NCBI GenBank assembly: GCA_964431315.1
Contig: CAYSJH010000008.1
Location: 17,561 to 81,560, forward strand
Origin: an uncultured Bacteroides sp.
Lineage (GTDB): Bacteria; Bacteroidota; Bacteroidia; Bacteroidales; SM23-62
Direction: 5' to 3'
Length of the DNA: 64,000 nucleotides
In this document: positions 29,999 to 39,452 of the stretch, piece by piece
Position numbering within the stretch: position 1 is the first letter of the stretch
Layout of the letters: each line of letters opens with the position of its first letter
Translations under genes and position numbers: made by a program
Notes under the pieces: generated by a model
What the model saw: the letters and a program-made list of their open reading frames with translations, nothing else
Told to the model about the DNA's origin: nothing
Databases searched by the model: none

Positions 29999-31359
29999 GT
30001 ACAAGCCAGGAATACATTGAATTGTTCAGGGAAAAGGAATCCATCCTGGAAAAGGATTCCCCTTCCTTCATGAGGGAGATCCGGCAGGACGCAATGCATG
30101 AGTTCAGCCTCACCGGCCTGCCGGACCGGAAGAGCGAACTGTATAAATATACCTCGCTTCAGAAGATCTTTGAACCGAAATATTCCATACAGTTCCAGCC
30201 GAGTAAGGTGGACTTCAGGGTGGAAGACATCTTTACCTGCGATGTGCCTAACCTGAGAACCAGGCTGGAGATCATCCTGAACGGGTTTTATTTTGGCCAG
30301 GGCAGTATGCTGACCAGGCTGGACAACGGCATTCTCATCGGGAGCCTTGCGGAGGCACTCAGGCTGCACCCCGACCTGGTGAAGGAACATTTTGCCCGGT
30401 ATGCCCACAGCCGGTCGGACGGACTGGTAGCCCTCAATACGGCCTTTGCCCAGGACGGGTTGTTTATTTACGTACCCAGGGGACAGACACTCAAAGAGCC
30501 GGTACAGGTCGTGCACCTGCCCATGACGGGGCTGGACACACTCCTGCATTACCGCAACCTTTTCATCCTGGAGGAAAATACCAGTGCCGAGGTGATCGTG
30601 TGCGACCATACCCTTTCACCCTTCCGCTTTCTGACCAATTCGGTGACCGAAATTTATGCGGGACCCTCGGCACGGTTCAGTTATTCAAGGGTGCAGAACG
30701 AACACCTGAACTCCAACCTCCTGACCAACCTGTTCATAAACCAGGAGCGGGACAGCCAGGTTAAAACCAATACCATCACCCTTCACGGGGGGACCATCCG
30801 CAACAATACCCATGTGCTTCTGAACGCTCCGGGCGCCGGAAGCGAGGTTTACGGGCTGTCACTCTCCGACCGGAACCAGCACATCGACAACTTCGTAAAC
30901 ATCGATCATGCCAGTCCCAATTGCACCAGCAACCAGCTTTTCAAGTGCATCCTTGACGAGCAGGCTACCGGGGCATTCAACGGAAGGATCCTGGTCCGCC
31001 CGGACGCCCAGAAAACCGTTGCCTTCCAGACCAATAACAACATCCTGATGTCTGACGAGGCAAAAATGAACAGCAAGCCCCAGCTCGAGATCTACGCCGA
31101 TGATGTGAAATGCAGCCACGGCGCCACAACGGGACAGCTGGACGAGAACGCCCTGTTCTATATGCAGTCCCGCGGCATCCCCCGCCACGAAGCCAGGATG
31201 CTGATGCTCTATGCATTCGCCCATGAGGTGATCGAAAAGGTCGATGTGGTGCCGCTGAAGGAACGCATCAACGATCTGGTGGACAAGCGCCTGAGGGGAG
31301 AATTATCACGCTGCAACAACTGTTCCATGGCCTGCGGAAATCTTTCGCTTCCCAAATAA
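29995..31359 (+). CDS. sufD: Fe-S cluster assembly protein SufD
   Basis: 454 aa. ATGA overlap with sufC. The SufB/D beta-helix C-terminal region is present (PQLEIYADDVKCSHGATTGQLD). Confidence 0.9.
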   Translation: MSTSQEYIELFREKESILEKDSPSFMREIRQDAMHEFSLTGLPDRKSELYKYTSLQKIFEPKYSIQFQPSKVDFRVEDIFTCDVPNLRTRLEIILNGFYFGQGSMLTRLDNGILIGSLAEALRLHPDLVKEHFARYAHSRSDGLVALNTAFAQDGLFIYVPRGQTLKEPVQVVHLPMTGLDTLLHYRNLFILEENTSAEVIVCDHTLSPFRFLTNSVTEIYAGPSARFSYSRVQNEHLNSNLLTNLFINQERDSQVKTNTITLHGGTIRNNTHVLLNAPGAGSEVYGLSLSDRNQHIDNFVNIDHASPNCTSNQLFKCILDEQATGAFNGRILVRPDAQKTVAFQTNNNILMSDEAKMNSKPQLEIYADDVKCSHGATTGQLDENALFYMQSRGIPRHEARMLMLYAFAHEVIEKVDVVPLKERINDLVDKRLRGELSRCNNCSMACGNLSLPK

Positions 31360-31369
31360 CCACGGTCCC

Positions 31370-32590
31370 ATGGAATTCGATGTCGAAAAGATCAGACAGG
31401 ACTTTCCCATTCTCTCCAGGAAGGTATACGGGCAGCCCATAGCCTATCTTGACAACGGCGCCACCACCCAGAAACCCAGGCAGGTCATCGAAACAGTCAG
31501 GAAATACTATGAACAGGGAAACGCCAGCATCCACCGGGGGATTCATTTCCTGAGCGAGCAATCGACCGACACCTATGAAAAGGCAAGAGAGACCGTCCGC
31601 AGGTTCATCAACGCAGCCTCTTCCAGCGAGATCATTTTTACCAGTGGTGCCACGGGATCCATCAATGCCGTAGCCTTTTCCTTCGGGGAACGATACATCA
31701 GCGAAGGAGACGAGGTGATCATCAGTGAGATGGAACACCATGCCAACCTCGTTCCCTGGCAGATGATGTGCGAACGGAAGGGAGCCAGGCTGAAGATCAT
31801 TCCCTTCAATGAAAAAGGGGAACTGATCTTCGGGGAATACGAAAAGCTTCTGACCGATAAAACCCGGATCGTGGCCATATCCCATGTTTCCAATACCCTG
31901 GGTACCATCAACCCGGTGAAGGAGATCATCCGGAAGGCTCATGAAAGGGATGTCCCCGTCCTTGTTGACGGTGCCCAGGCGGTGCAGCATGAAACGATCG
32001 ATGTGCGGGACCTCGACGCGGATTTCTACGTCTTTTCGGGCCACAAGGTATACGGTCCCAATGGAATAGGCGTGCTCTACGGGAAGGAAAAGTACCTTTA
32101 TGAAATGCCCCCATACCAGGGGGGAGGGGACATGGTGGACTGCGTCACCTTTGAAAAAACCACCTATAACCAGCTTCCCTTTAAATTCGAGGCCGGGACC
32201 ATGAATTACATCGGGGCAGCGGGACTTGCCGCCGCGCTTGATTACATTAGCGTGATCGGGCTCCCCGGGATCCGTCAGTACGAGCATTCCCTGCTGGAAT
32301 ACGCCACCATGAAGCTGATGTCCGTGCCCGGACTCCGGATCTATGGCCTGGCACCGGAGAAGATAAGCATCCTTTCCTTCCTGATGGACGACATCCATCC
32401 CTACGATGCAGGCATGGTACTCGATAAACTGGGCATCGCTGTCCGTACGGGCACTCACTGCAACCAGCCGGTAATGGACCATTACAGGATCACGGGCACC
32501 CTCAGGGCCTGCCTCGCATTTTACAACACCACCGGGGAAATCGACCGGCTTTACGAGGGACTCCTCCGGGTCATCAGGATGTTCGGTTAA
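31370..32590 (+). CDS. sufS: Cysteine desulfurase SufS (class II aminotransferase V)
   Basis: 406 aa. PLP-lysine region FSGHKVYGPNGIGVLYG and active-site Cys region RTGTHCNQP. Confidence 0.93.
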   Translation: MEFDVEKIRQDFPILSRKVYGQPIAYLDNGATTQKPRQVIETVRKYYEQGNASIHRGIHFLSEQSTDTYEKARETVRRFINAASSSEIIFTSGATGSINAVAFSFGERYISEGDEVIISEMEHHANLVPWQMMCERKGARLKIIPFNEKGELIFGEYEKLLTDKTRIVAISHVSNTLGTINPVKEIIRKAHERDVPVLVDGAQAVQHETIDVRDLDADFYVFSGHKVYGPNGIGVLYGKEKYLYEMPPYQGGGDMVDCVTFEKTTYNQLPFKFEAGTMNYIGAAGLAAALDYISVIGLPGIRQYEHSLLEYATMKLMSVPGLRIYGLAPEKISILSFLMDDIHPYDAGMVLDKLGIAVRTGTHCNQPVMDHYRITGTLRACLAFYNTTGEIDRLYEGLLRVIRMFG

Positions 32591-32624
32591 GACCCCTTCC
32601 CCGGTAATGATTAACTTTACAGGC

Positions 32625-33059
32625 ATGAACACACAGCGGATCCAGGAAGAGATCGTATCCGAATTCGAGGTATTCGATGACTGGCTCGACAAGTACGATT
32701 ACCTCATCGAGCTCAGCAATGGCCTGCCCGTCATGGATCCGAGGTATAAGACCAATGAATACCTGATCAACGGGTGCCAGTCAAAGGTCTGGCTGAAAGC
32801 GGAGATCGAGGACGGGAAGGTCACCTTCACAGCCGATTCGGATGCCATCATCACCAAGGGGATCGTATCCCTGCTGATCCGGGTGCTTTCCGGCCATGAA
32901 CCAAAGGAAATACTGGAAACCGACCTTTTCTTTATCGACCGGATCGGACTCCGTCAGAATCTGTCCCCGACCCGTTCGAACGGCCTGCTGGCCATGGTTA
33001 AACAGATGAAATTATACGCCCTTGCTTATCAGACGAGACTGGAAAGAGGCGATAAATGA
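32625..33059 (+). CDS. sufE: Sulfur acceptor SufE
   Basis: SufE motif LINGCQSKVWL with the persulfide-accepting Cys. The ORF track starts at ATG 32607; ATG 32625 (MNTQRIQEEI) gives the more typical length. The start is uncertain. Confidence 0.85.
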   Translation: MNTQRIQEEIVSEFEVFDDWLDKYDYLIELSNGLPVMDPRYKTNEYLINGCQSKVWLKAEIEDGKVTFTADSDAIITKGIVSLLIRVLSGHEPKEILETDLFFIDRIGLRQNLSPTRSNGLLAMVKQMKLYALAYQTRLERGDK

Positions 33060-33070
33060 GCCACCCGGGG

Positions 33071-33116
33071 CGAATGTGCAATGATTAAAACGAATGTGCA
33101 GTGATTAAAACAAATG
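33071..33116. repeat. 20-bp tandem duplication (2 units plus a partial third) across the start region of the DUF59 gene
   Basis: CGAATGTGCAATGATTAAAA (33071-33090) is followed by CGAATGTGCAGTGATTAAAA (33091-33110), then CAAATG. Confidence 0.9.
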
Positions 33117-33118
33117 AA

Positions 33119-33442
33119 ATGGAACCCGAAAACGAATTTCTTCAGCTTGAGGACAGGATTATAAAAGTCCTTAAAAACATATACGACCCGGAGATCCCGG
33201 TGAATATTTATGACCTGGGACTCATCTATGAGCTCGATGCGGACGATGACAATAATGTCAAGATAAAGATGACCCTTACGACCCCGAATTGCCCCATTGC
33301 AGGCGATATCCTCCGGGAGGTCAGAGACAGCGTGGAAGCCGTGGAGGGTGTAAAATCCCTCGACCTGAAACTTACCTTCGACCCTCCCTGGGATGAGTCC
33401 AATCTCAGCGAAGAGGCAAGGCTTGAACTGGGACTGATGTAA
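33119..33442 (+). CDS. SUF-associated DUF59 / MIP18-family Fe-S assembly protein (SufT-like)
   Basis: Hallmark YDPEIPVNIYDLGLIY and TLTTPNCP motifs. The first possible start is GTG 33101 (ORF track). ATG 33119 (MEPENEF) lies in the same frame and is my preferred start. Confidence 0.82.
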   Translation: MEPENEFLQLEDRIIKVLKNIYDPEIPVNIYDLGLIYELDADDDNNVKIKMTLTTPNCPIAGDILREVRDSVEAVEGVKSLDLKLTFDPPWDESNLSEEARLELGLM

Positions 33443-33501
33443 CATGGGACAGACCCCGGGTATTCCGGCTCCGGAATTCCTGTCCCCCGAACACTCCCGC
33501 A

Positions 33502-34428
33502 TTGGAAAATTCACCTCAAAATACCCTGCGCATCAAGGAAAAAGCCCGTGAGCTGGGATTTCTTGATTGCGGTATTGCCCGTGCGGAATTTCTGGAAGAG
33601 GATGCGGCAAGGCTGGGGGACTGGCTTGACAGAGGCTTTCATGGCCGGATGGGATACATGGAAAACCATTTCGAAAAACGTACGGACCCGCGCAGGCTTG
33701 TCGAAGGCGTACGTTCAGTGATCGTGGTGCTTCAGAATTACCATACCGGCAGGAAACAGGACGACCCCGGGGCCCCGGTGCTTTCAAAATACGCCTACGG
33801 CAGGGATTACCATAAGATCATCCGCAAAAAGCTGAACCGGATGCTGAAATGGATGAATGGAGAGATCGCTCCCTCACCGGGCCGTGTTTTCGTCGATTCT
33901 GCCCCGGTCATGGAGAGGGCCTGGGGTGCGAAAGCGGGACTCGGATGGATCGGCAGGCATTCCCTCCTCCTGAACCGGAAATACGGGTCCTGGTTTTTCC
34001 TCGGGGTAATCCTCAGCGGACTGGAACTTGAACCGGACAGGCCGGTGAATGAGTATTGCGGGGACTGTACCCGTTGCATCGAGGCCTGTCCCACCGGCGC
34101 CATCCTTTCCGGCCGCACGGTCGATGCGACAAAGTGCATATCCTACCTGACCATAGAATTAAAAAACCAGCCCATCCCTCCCGGGTTCCGGGAGAAAATG
34201 CAAAACCGGGTATTCGGATGCGACATTTGTCAGGAGGTCTGTCCCTGGAGCAATAATGCCCACCCGCACAGCGAGGACTGGCTGAAACCCCGCCCGGGAC
34301 TGCTCGAGATGACCCGGGATGAATGGATGGCCCTGGATGAGCAGAAATTCAATCAGTTGTTCGAGGGGACAGCCCTTAAGCGTGCCGGATTCGCCAGCCT
34401 CCGCCGAAACCTCGACTTCCTGCAATGA
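33502..34428 (+). CDS. queG: tRNA epoxyqueuosine(34) reductase
   Basis: 308 aa. Two 4Fe-4S ferredoxin motifs (CGDCTRCIEACP, CDICQEVCPWSN) and the N-terminal QueG-like ELGFLDCGIA. The TTG start is the only start codon available in the ORF. Confidence 0.88.
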   Translation: MENSPQNTLRIKEKARELGFLDCGIARAEFLEEDAARLGDWLDRGFHGRMGYMENHFEKRTDPRRLVEGVRSVIVVLQNYHTGRKQDDPGAPVLSKYAYGRDYHKIIRKKLNRMLKWMNGEIAPSPGRVFVDSAPVMERAWGAKAGLGWIGRHSLLLNRKYGSWFFLGVILSGLELEPDRPVNEYCGDCTRCIEACPTGAILSGRTVDATKCISYLTIELKNQPIPPGFREKMQNRVFGCDICQEVCPWSNNAHPHSEDWLKPRPGLLEMTRDEWMALDEQKFNQLFEGTALKRAGFASLRRNLDFLQ

Positions 34429-34433
34429 CTCCG

Positions 34434-34649
34434 GCAAACCCTGCTGAAAATCCACATTTCCCCGGCATTTTTTAAACCGGCGCTTCAAAATTTCCGCGTA
34501 ATACCGATGGCATTGTCAAATGACGAGCCTACTTTTTGCCGCAGGCAAAAATACATGAGGAATTGACAATACCTGAGGTACGGAAATTTCCATAGGCGCC
34601 TTGTTTAAAAATGCCTAGGTCAGTTTTGTGGATTTTCAGCAGGGTTTGC
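34434..34649. repeat. Nested palindromic element, copy 2 (conserved core 34470-34612)
   Basis: The core matches 21671-21812. The central hairpin lies at 34533-34551. A 23-bp perfect outer inverted repeat, GCAAACCCTGCTGAAAATCCACA (34434-34456), pairs with its complement at 34627-34649. The element fills the queG/yjbQ convergent gap. Confidence 0.9.
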
Positions 34650-35056
34650 TACTCCGAACCGACAATGGTTACTACGATTCGTCGTGTTGAGCGGGGACCG
34701 TCAAACTCACAGAGAAAAATGTTCTGCCAGGTGGAGAGCCCGAGTTCACCATTGAGGATGGGGACGGTCTCGGAGGGCCCCACAAGGCCGGCCTTCAGAT
34801 GGGCATCCCCGTTGCTGTCCTGCGCATCATGCTCCCACACCCCCGGGGGAATGAGCTTTTGCAGAAGGTTTATCACATCGTTCTGCACGGACTGGTCCCA
34901 GTTCTCCTGGATCATGATCGCAGCTGTGGCCCCCTGCACATAGACCGATACTATTCCGTTCTGCACTCCGCTTTTCCTGACCGAATCCTTAACCTGCGTG
35001 GTAATGTCGTACAGGCCGTTCCGTTTATGGGTGCTTATTTGTATAATCTCCTGCAT
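34649..35056 (-). CDS. yjbQ: YjbQ/UPF0047 family protein (secondary thiamine-phosphate synthase-type)
   Basis: 135 aa. Family-typical blocks: GLYDIT, VYVQGATAAIMIQENWD, GDAHLKA and VPILNGELGLSTWQNIFLCEFDGPR. Confidence 0.85.
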   Translation of the reverse strand: MQEIIQISTHKRNGLYDITTQVKDSVRKSGVQNGIVSVYVQGATAAIMIQENWDQSVQNDVINLLQKLIPPGVWEHDAQDSNGDAHLKAGLVGPSETVPILNGELGLSTWQNIFLCEFDGPRSTRRIVVTIVGSE

Positions 35057-35089
35057 TTCGTAAATTTAAGAATTTACGGAAAGATCAGA

Positions 35090-35923
35090 ATGGTCCATAC
35101 AGAATACGAATGGTTTCTCGGCAAAAGCAGGATCTTTGCCCAGGGATGGCTGCCGGATAACCCCCCCCGGGCAGTGGTGAATCTGATTCACGGGATGGGG
35201 GAACATTCCGGGCGCTACGCCCGGTGGGGAACCATGTTTGCGGATTCCGGATATGCCCTGGTGGCGATGGACCTGTTCGGGCACGGGAAGACCGAAGGTA
35301 AAAAGGGACACATGAAAAACTACCAGCTGCTGCTTGACCAGGTTGACCTGATGCTCCAGAAGGCTGAAGAGAATTTTCCGGGCATTCCCCGGATCCTTTA
35401 CGGCCAAAGCATGGGCGGGAATGTCGCGATCAATTATGCCATTTCCAAAGACCCTCCCATATCGGCTCTGATCGCCGATTCACCCTGGCTGCGGCTGGTC
35501 ATTCCTGTCAGTGGGATTGAAAAGGCCTTTTCAAAAATTGCCAACACCCTGGTTCCCGGACTGCGGATCAAGGCCAAGGGCGTGACTGCCGAACGCCTTT
35601 CACACGATCCCGAACACTGGGCCGACCTGAGAGGCGATCCCCTGGTGCACCAGCTGATCTCCGTACGATACGTTCATGAAATCATGGCCATGGGCGAATA
35701 TGCCCTCAAGCATGTGTACAGGATAAATAAGCCTTTCCTCCTGATGCACGGAAACGCCGACGAAATAACCTCACATAAGGCAAGCGAGGAGTTCGTGGCC
35801 AATACATCGACAAGAACCCAGCTGAAAATCTGGGAGGGACTTCGGCACGAGCTGCACAATGAATTCGAGTACAGGGAAGTTTTCAACTACGTCCTGGAAT
35901 GGCTTAAAAAATGGAATCTTTAG
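35090..35923 (+). CDS. Alpha/beta hydrolase (lysophospholipase / monoacylglycerol-lipase-like)
   Basis: Nucleophile elbow GQSMGG, HGMGEHSGRY oxyanion region and a C-terminal HE..E catalytic region. The listed ORF (34799..) runs antisense through yjbQ. ATG 35090 (MVHTEYEW) is the sensible start. Confidence 0.85.
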   Translation: MVHTEYEWFLGKSRIFAQGWLPDNPPRAVVNLIHGMGEHSGRYARWGTMFADSGYALVAMDLFGHGKTEGKKGHMKNYQLLLDQVDLMLQKAEENFPGIPRILYGQSMGGNVAINYAISKDPPISALIADSPWLRLVIPVSGIEKAFSKIANTLVPGLRIKAKGVTAERLSHDPEHWADLRGDPLVHQLISVRYVHEIMAMGEYALKHVYRINKPFLLMHGNADEITSHKASEEFVANTSTRTQLKIWEGLRHELHNEFEYREVFNYVLEWLKKWNL

Positions 35924-35926
35924 ACC

Positions 35927-36910
35927 ATGGATTTCCGTACCGAGGTAAATATTCCTCCTTCAGAAAACAGTATCAGCTACAGGACCGGGATCCTGTTCAT
36001 GGGATCCTGTTTCACGGAAAGCATCGGTTCTCTCATGAAGGAACTCCGCTTCCGGGTCGACGTGAATCCATTCGGGGTTAATTACAACCCTTCCTCGGTG
36101 GCACGGAACCTGTGGACCCTGCTGAACGGGAAGGAATTTAACGGGGATGAACTCGATACGGACGGGGAGAAATGGTTTTCCTTCGACCACCACAGCCAGT
36201 TCTCGCATCCCGACCGGGAGGTCTGCCTGGAGAATATCAACCGCAGGCTCAGGTTTGCACAGGGGCGGCTGAAGGATACCCGGTTTCTCCTTCTCACCTG
36301 GGGCACTGCCTGGATATTCGTCCATAAGAAAAAGGCCTGTGTCGTTTCCAACTGTCACAAACTGCCGGCGGCAAATTTTTCCAGGCATCTGTTATCGGTC
36401 AGCCAGATCGTGGATACCTATACAAAACTGTTCGCGGCCCTTCGAAAGGAGCTCCCCGATCTCCACATCATCCTGACGGTCAGCCCGGTGCGACACTGGA
36501 AGGATGGCGCCCGGCTGAACTCCGTCAGCAAATCCACTCTCATCCTGGCGGCACACAGGCTCACCGAGATGTTCACCTATTGCGATTACTTCCCCGCCTG
36601 GGAGATCGCCATGGATGACCTGCGGGATTACCGCTTCTATGCCGACGACCTGGTCCACCCGGGCAGCCAGATGGTCCGTTACATCTGGGAAAAGTTCACG
36701 GGTGCATGGTTCGATGAGGAAACCCTTGAGATCAGCAGGGAGATCCGCAAACTTGCCAATGCCCGTAACCACCGGCCCTTCGATCCGGGATCGGCACGGC
36801 ACCGGGAATTTTGCGGCAGGCAGCTGGAGGAGGTGCGGAAGCTGGCCTGGAAATATCCCTTTCTCGAGCTCGGGGAACTGGAGCAATACTTCACCGAATC
36901 GTTAAAATGA
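35927..36910 (+). CDS. GSCFA-domain protein
   Basis: 327 aa with the eponymous N-terminal motif (FMGSCFTESIG). It starts 3 nt after the hydrolase gene. Confidence 0.78.
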   Translation: MDFRTEVNIPPSENSISYRTGILFMGSCFTESIGSLMKELRFRVDVNPFGVNYNPSSVARNLWTLLNGKEFNGDELDTDGEKWFSFDHHSQFSHPDREVCLENINRRLRFAQGRLKDTRFLLLTWGTAWIFVHKKKACVVSNCHKLPAANFSRHLLSVSQIVDTYTKLFAALRKELPDLHIILTVSPVRHWKDGARLNSVSKSTLILAAHRLTEMFTYCDYFPAWEIAMDDLRDYRFYADDLVHPGSQMVRYIWEKFTGAWFDEETLEISREIRKLANARNHRPFDPGSARHREFCGRQLEEVRKLAWKYPFLELGELEQYFTESLK

Positions 36911-36996
36911 GTTTATGCACGGACCGTGTTAAACAATTTTGCCTGACGGGTGTTTAATTGGCATGAAAAGACCAGTTGCATGAATAGTCTAGTGTT

Positions 36997-39423
36997 ATGA
37001 AACGATGGATTTCAGTCTTAATAACAGCCTTGCTTTTCCTCTCCCGGGTTGTCTCCCAGGAATCGGGACAGGGGGTCATCGAAGGGCGCATTTACAACTC
37101 AAACAACAACGAGCCGGTCCCCTTTGCCAACATCGTTATCTGGGGAACCTCGATCGGTTCGGTCAGCGATATTGACGGCAGGTTCCTTTTTACCGGGATA
37201 CGTCCGGGATACGTGGAACTGAGGATTTCCTCGGTGGGGTTCGATACCTATGTCTCCGAACAGCTCCTGGTTTCGAATTCAAGCCGGGTGTTCATCGAGA
37301 TCCCGCTTAACGAAAGCAACATTGCCATTGAAGAAATTACGGTAAGGGCCTCCCCGTTCAGGAAGACGGAGGAGAGTCCCCTTTCCATCCAGCGGATCGG
37401 GATCGAGGAGATTGAAAAAAATCCCGGCGGGAACCGCGACATCTCAAAGGTACTGCAGTCCCTTCCGGGAGTCGCCTCAACCGTTTCCTACCGCAATGAC
37501 CTGATCGTGAGGGGAGGCGGATCGAACGAAAACCGTTTCTTCCTCGACGGGGTGGAGATCCCCAACCTCAACCACTTCTCCACCCAGGGGGCCAGTGGGG
37601 GACCCAACGGTATCCTGAATGTTGACCTGATACGTTCGGTGGATTTCTATTCCGGTGCATTTCCGGCCGATCGAGGCAATGCCCTGAGTTCGGTCCTCGA
37701 ATTCAGCCAGATCGACGGCAACAAGGAGAAACTGAAGTTCAAGGGTTCGGTCGGGGCTACCGACCTGGCACTGGCCATCGACGGTCCCATTTCAAAAAAT
37801 ACCACCTACATACTCTCGGTGAGAAGGTCCTATCTGCAATACCTGTTCTCGGTGATCGGCCTTCCCTTCCTGCCGACATACAACGATATGCAGTTCAAGG
37901 TAAAGAGCCGGATCAACCAAAAGAATGAGATCACTATCCTGGGACTGGGTTCCTATGATGTCCTGACCCTGAACCTGGACGCCAACGAGACCGAGGACCA
38001 GCGGGCCATCCTGAAGGCCATTCCTGCAAACGACCAGTGGAGCTATACGGTAGGGGGCGTCTTCAAGCACTTTACCGGGAATGGATACGATACCTGGGTA
38101 ATCAGCCGCAGCCACCTGAACAACGGCGCCTGCAAGTATTATAATAACATCGAGGTGGATACGTTGAAAACTTTCGACTACCGGTCAAATGAAATTCAGA
38201 CCCGGTTCCGTTACGAGCATACTTCGAGGTATGGCGGGGGACTGAAAGTGAATTATGGAGGGGGACTAGAATATGCATATTACGATAATAAAACCTTCAA
38301 CCAGGTCTTTCGCGAAGGACAGCCGGGGACTATTAATTACAGTTCCGAACTGGATATGTTCAGCTGGTCGGCATTCGGACAGCTAAGCAAGGATTTCCTG
38401 AAACAACGGCTCAACCTCTCGCTCGGGCTCCGCATGGATGCCAACAATTATTCGAGCCAGATGAATAACCTGCTGAAACAGTTATCACCCAGGTTCTCCG
38501 CTTCTTACATCATAAGTCCCGGCTGGTCACTTAATTTCAATGCGGGCCGGTATTACCAGCAGCCCCCGTATACCATGCTCGGTTTCCGGACCAACGACGG
38601 TTCCCTTGTCAACCGCGACAACGGCGCGAAATACATTACCGCAGACCACATAGTTGCCGGATTCGAATTCCTTCCCGACGAAAAATCAAAGATCAGCATT
38701 GAAGGATTCCACAAATGGTATTACAATTACCCGGTCTCCGTGCTGGACAAGGTTTCAATTGCCAGCAAGGGCGGTGACTTCGGTACGTTTGGCGACGAGG
38801 AGGTCATTTCCCTGGCCAAAGGAAGGGCCTACGGTGCGGAGTTTCTTTACCGGACGCGGGACCTGGCCGGATTTAACATCATCTTTTCCTATACCCTGGT
38901 CAGGAGCGAATCCGAGGAGATCAGCCAGGGACTCGACCCGCTGGGGACTTACATTCCCAGTGCATGGGACAACCGGCACCTGCTGAACCTGACTACATAC
39001 AGGAAATTCAGGGGAAACTGGCAGGCGGGACTGAAATACCGCTTTGCCGGGGGTATACCTTACACTCCCTGGGACATCCCCTACAGTGAAATGCGGCCCG
39101 CATGGGATGTGCGCGGAAGCGGCTACCTGGATTACACCCGGTTCAATACCCTGAGGCTTAAGGGATTCCATCAGCTGGACCTGCGGGTGGATAAGGAATG
39201 GTATTTCAGTAAATGGAGGCTGAACCTGTACGTAGATGTGCAGAATGTATTCAACTACAAGGCCGATTCACCGCCCAGCCTTTACCAGGTTGAAGACGCC
39301 GCAGGAAACCCGGTCATCCGGAATCCCGGTGATCCTTACATGGACCAGCTTTACAGCCTTAAACAGATCAAGTCCCAAAGCGGTACGGTATTGCCGACCA
39401 TCGGAATAATTGTTGAATTTTAA
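36997..39423 (+). CDS. TonB-dependent outer-membrane receptor with N-terminal CarboxypepD_reg-like domain
   Basis: 808 aa. Signal peptide, carboxypeptidase-regulatory-like domain (GVIEGRIYN...DGRFLFTGI), plug region (RGGGSNENRFFLDGVEIPN), a long beta-barrel and a terminal ...GIIVEF. No SusD-like partner follows. Confidence 0.9.
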   Translation: MKRWISVLITALLFLSRVVSQESGQGVIEGRIYNSNNNEPVPFANIVIWGTSIGSVSDIDGRFLFTGIRPGYVELRISSVGFDTYVSEQLLVSNSSRVFIEIPLNESNIAIEEITVRASPFRKTEESPLSIQRIGIEEIEKNPGGNRDISKVLQSLPGVASTVSYRNDLIVRGGGSNENRFFLDGVEIPNLNHFSTQGASGGPNGILNVDLIRSVDFYSGAFPADRGNALSSVLEFSQIDGNKEKLKFKGSVGATDLALAIDGPISKNTTYILSVRRSYLQYLFSVIGLPFLPTYNDMQFKVKSRINQKNEITILGLGSYDVLTLNLDANETEDQRAILKAIPANDQWSYTVGGVFKHFTGNGYDTWVISRSHLNNGACKYYNNIEVDTLKTFDYRSNEIQTRFRYEHTSRYGGGLKVNYGGGLEYAYYDNKTFNQVFREGQPGTINYSSELDMFSWSAFGQLSKDFLKQRLNLSLGLRMDANNYSSQMNNLLKQLSPRFSASYIISPGWSLNFNAGRYYQQPPYTMLGFRTNDGSLVNRDNGAKYITADHIVAGFEFLPDEKSKISIEGFHKWYYNYPVSVLDKVSIASKGGDFGTFGDEEVISLAKGRAYGAEFLYRTRDLAGFNIIFSYTLVRSESEEISQGLDPLGTYIPSAWDNRHLLNLTTYRKFRGNWQAGLKYRFAGGIPYTPWDIPYSEMRPAWDVRGSGYLDYTRFNTLRLKGFHQLDLRVDKEWYFSKWRLNLYVDVQNVFNYKADSPPSLYQVEDAAGNPVIRNPGDPYMDQLYSLKQIKSQSGTVLPTIGIIVEF

Positions 39424-39452
39424 GACCTAAAGGGGAACAAAATTTTCGTGAA

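Noticed and set aside
31268-32692. 474-aa minus-strand ORF
   Set aside because: It is the antisense shadow of sufS (and the sufD/sufE ends), which carry unmistakable PLP-lysine and active-site Cys motifs. The antisense product has no recognisable motif.
34799-35089. N-terminal 97-codon extension of the alpha/beta hydrolase ORF as listed (34799..35923)
   Set aside because: The extension runs antisense through yjbQ, a well-supported family member. A typical hydrolase N-terminus begins at ATG 35090, 34 nt beyond the yjbQ start.
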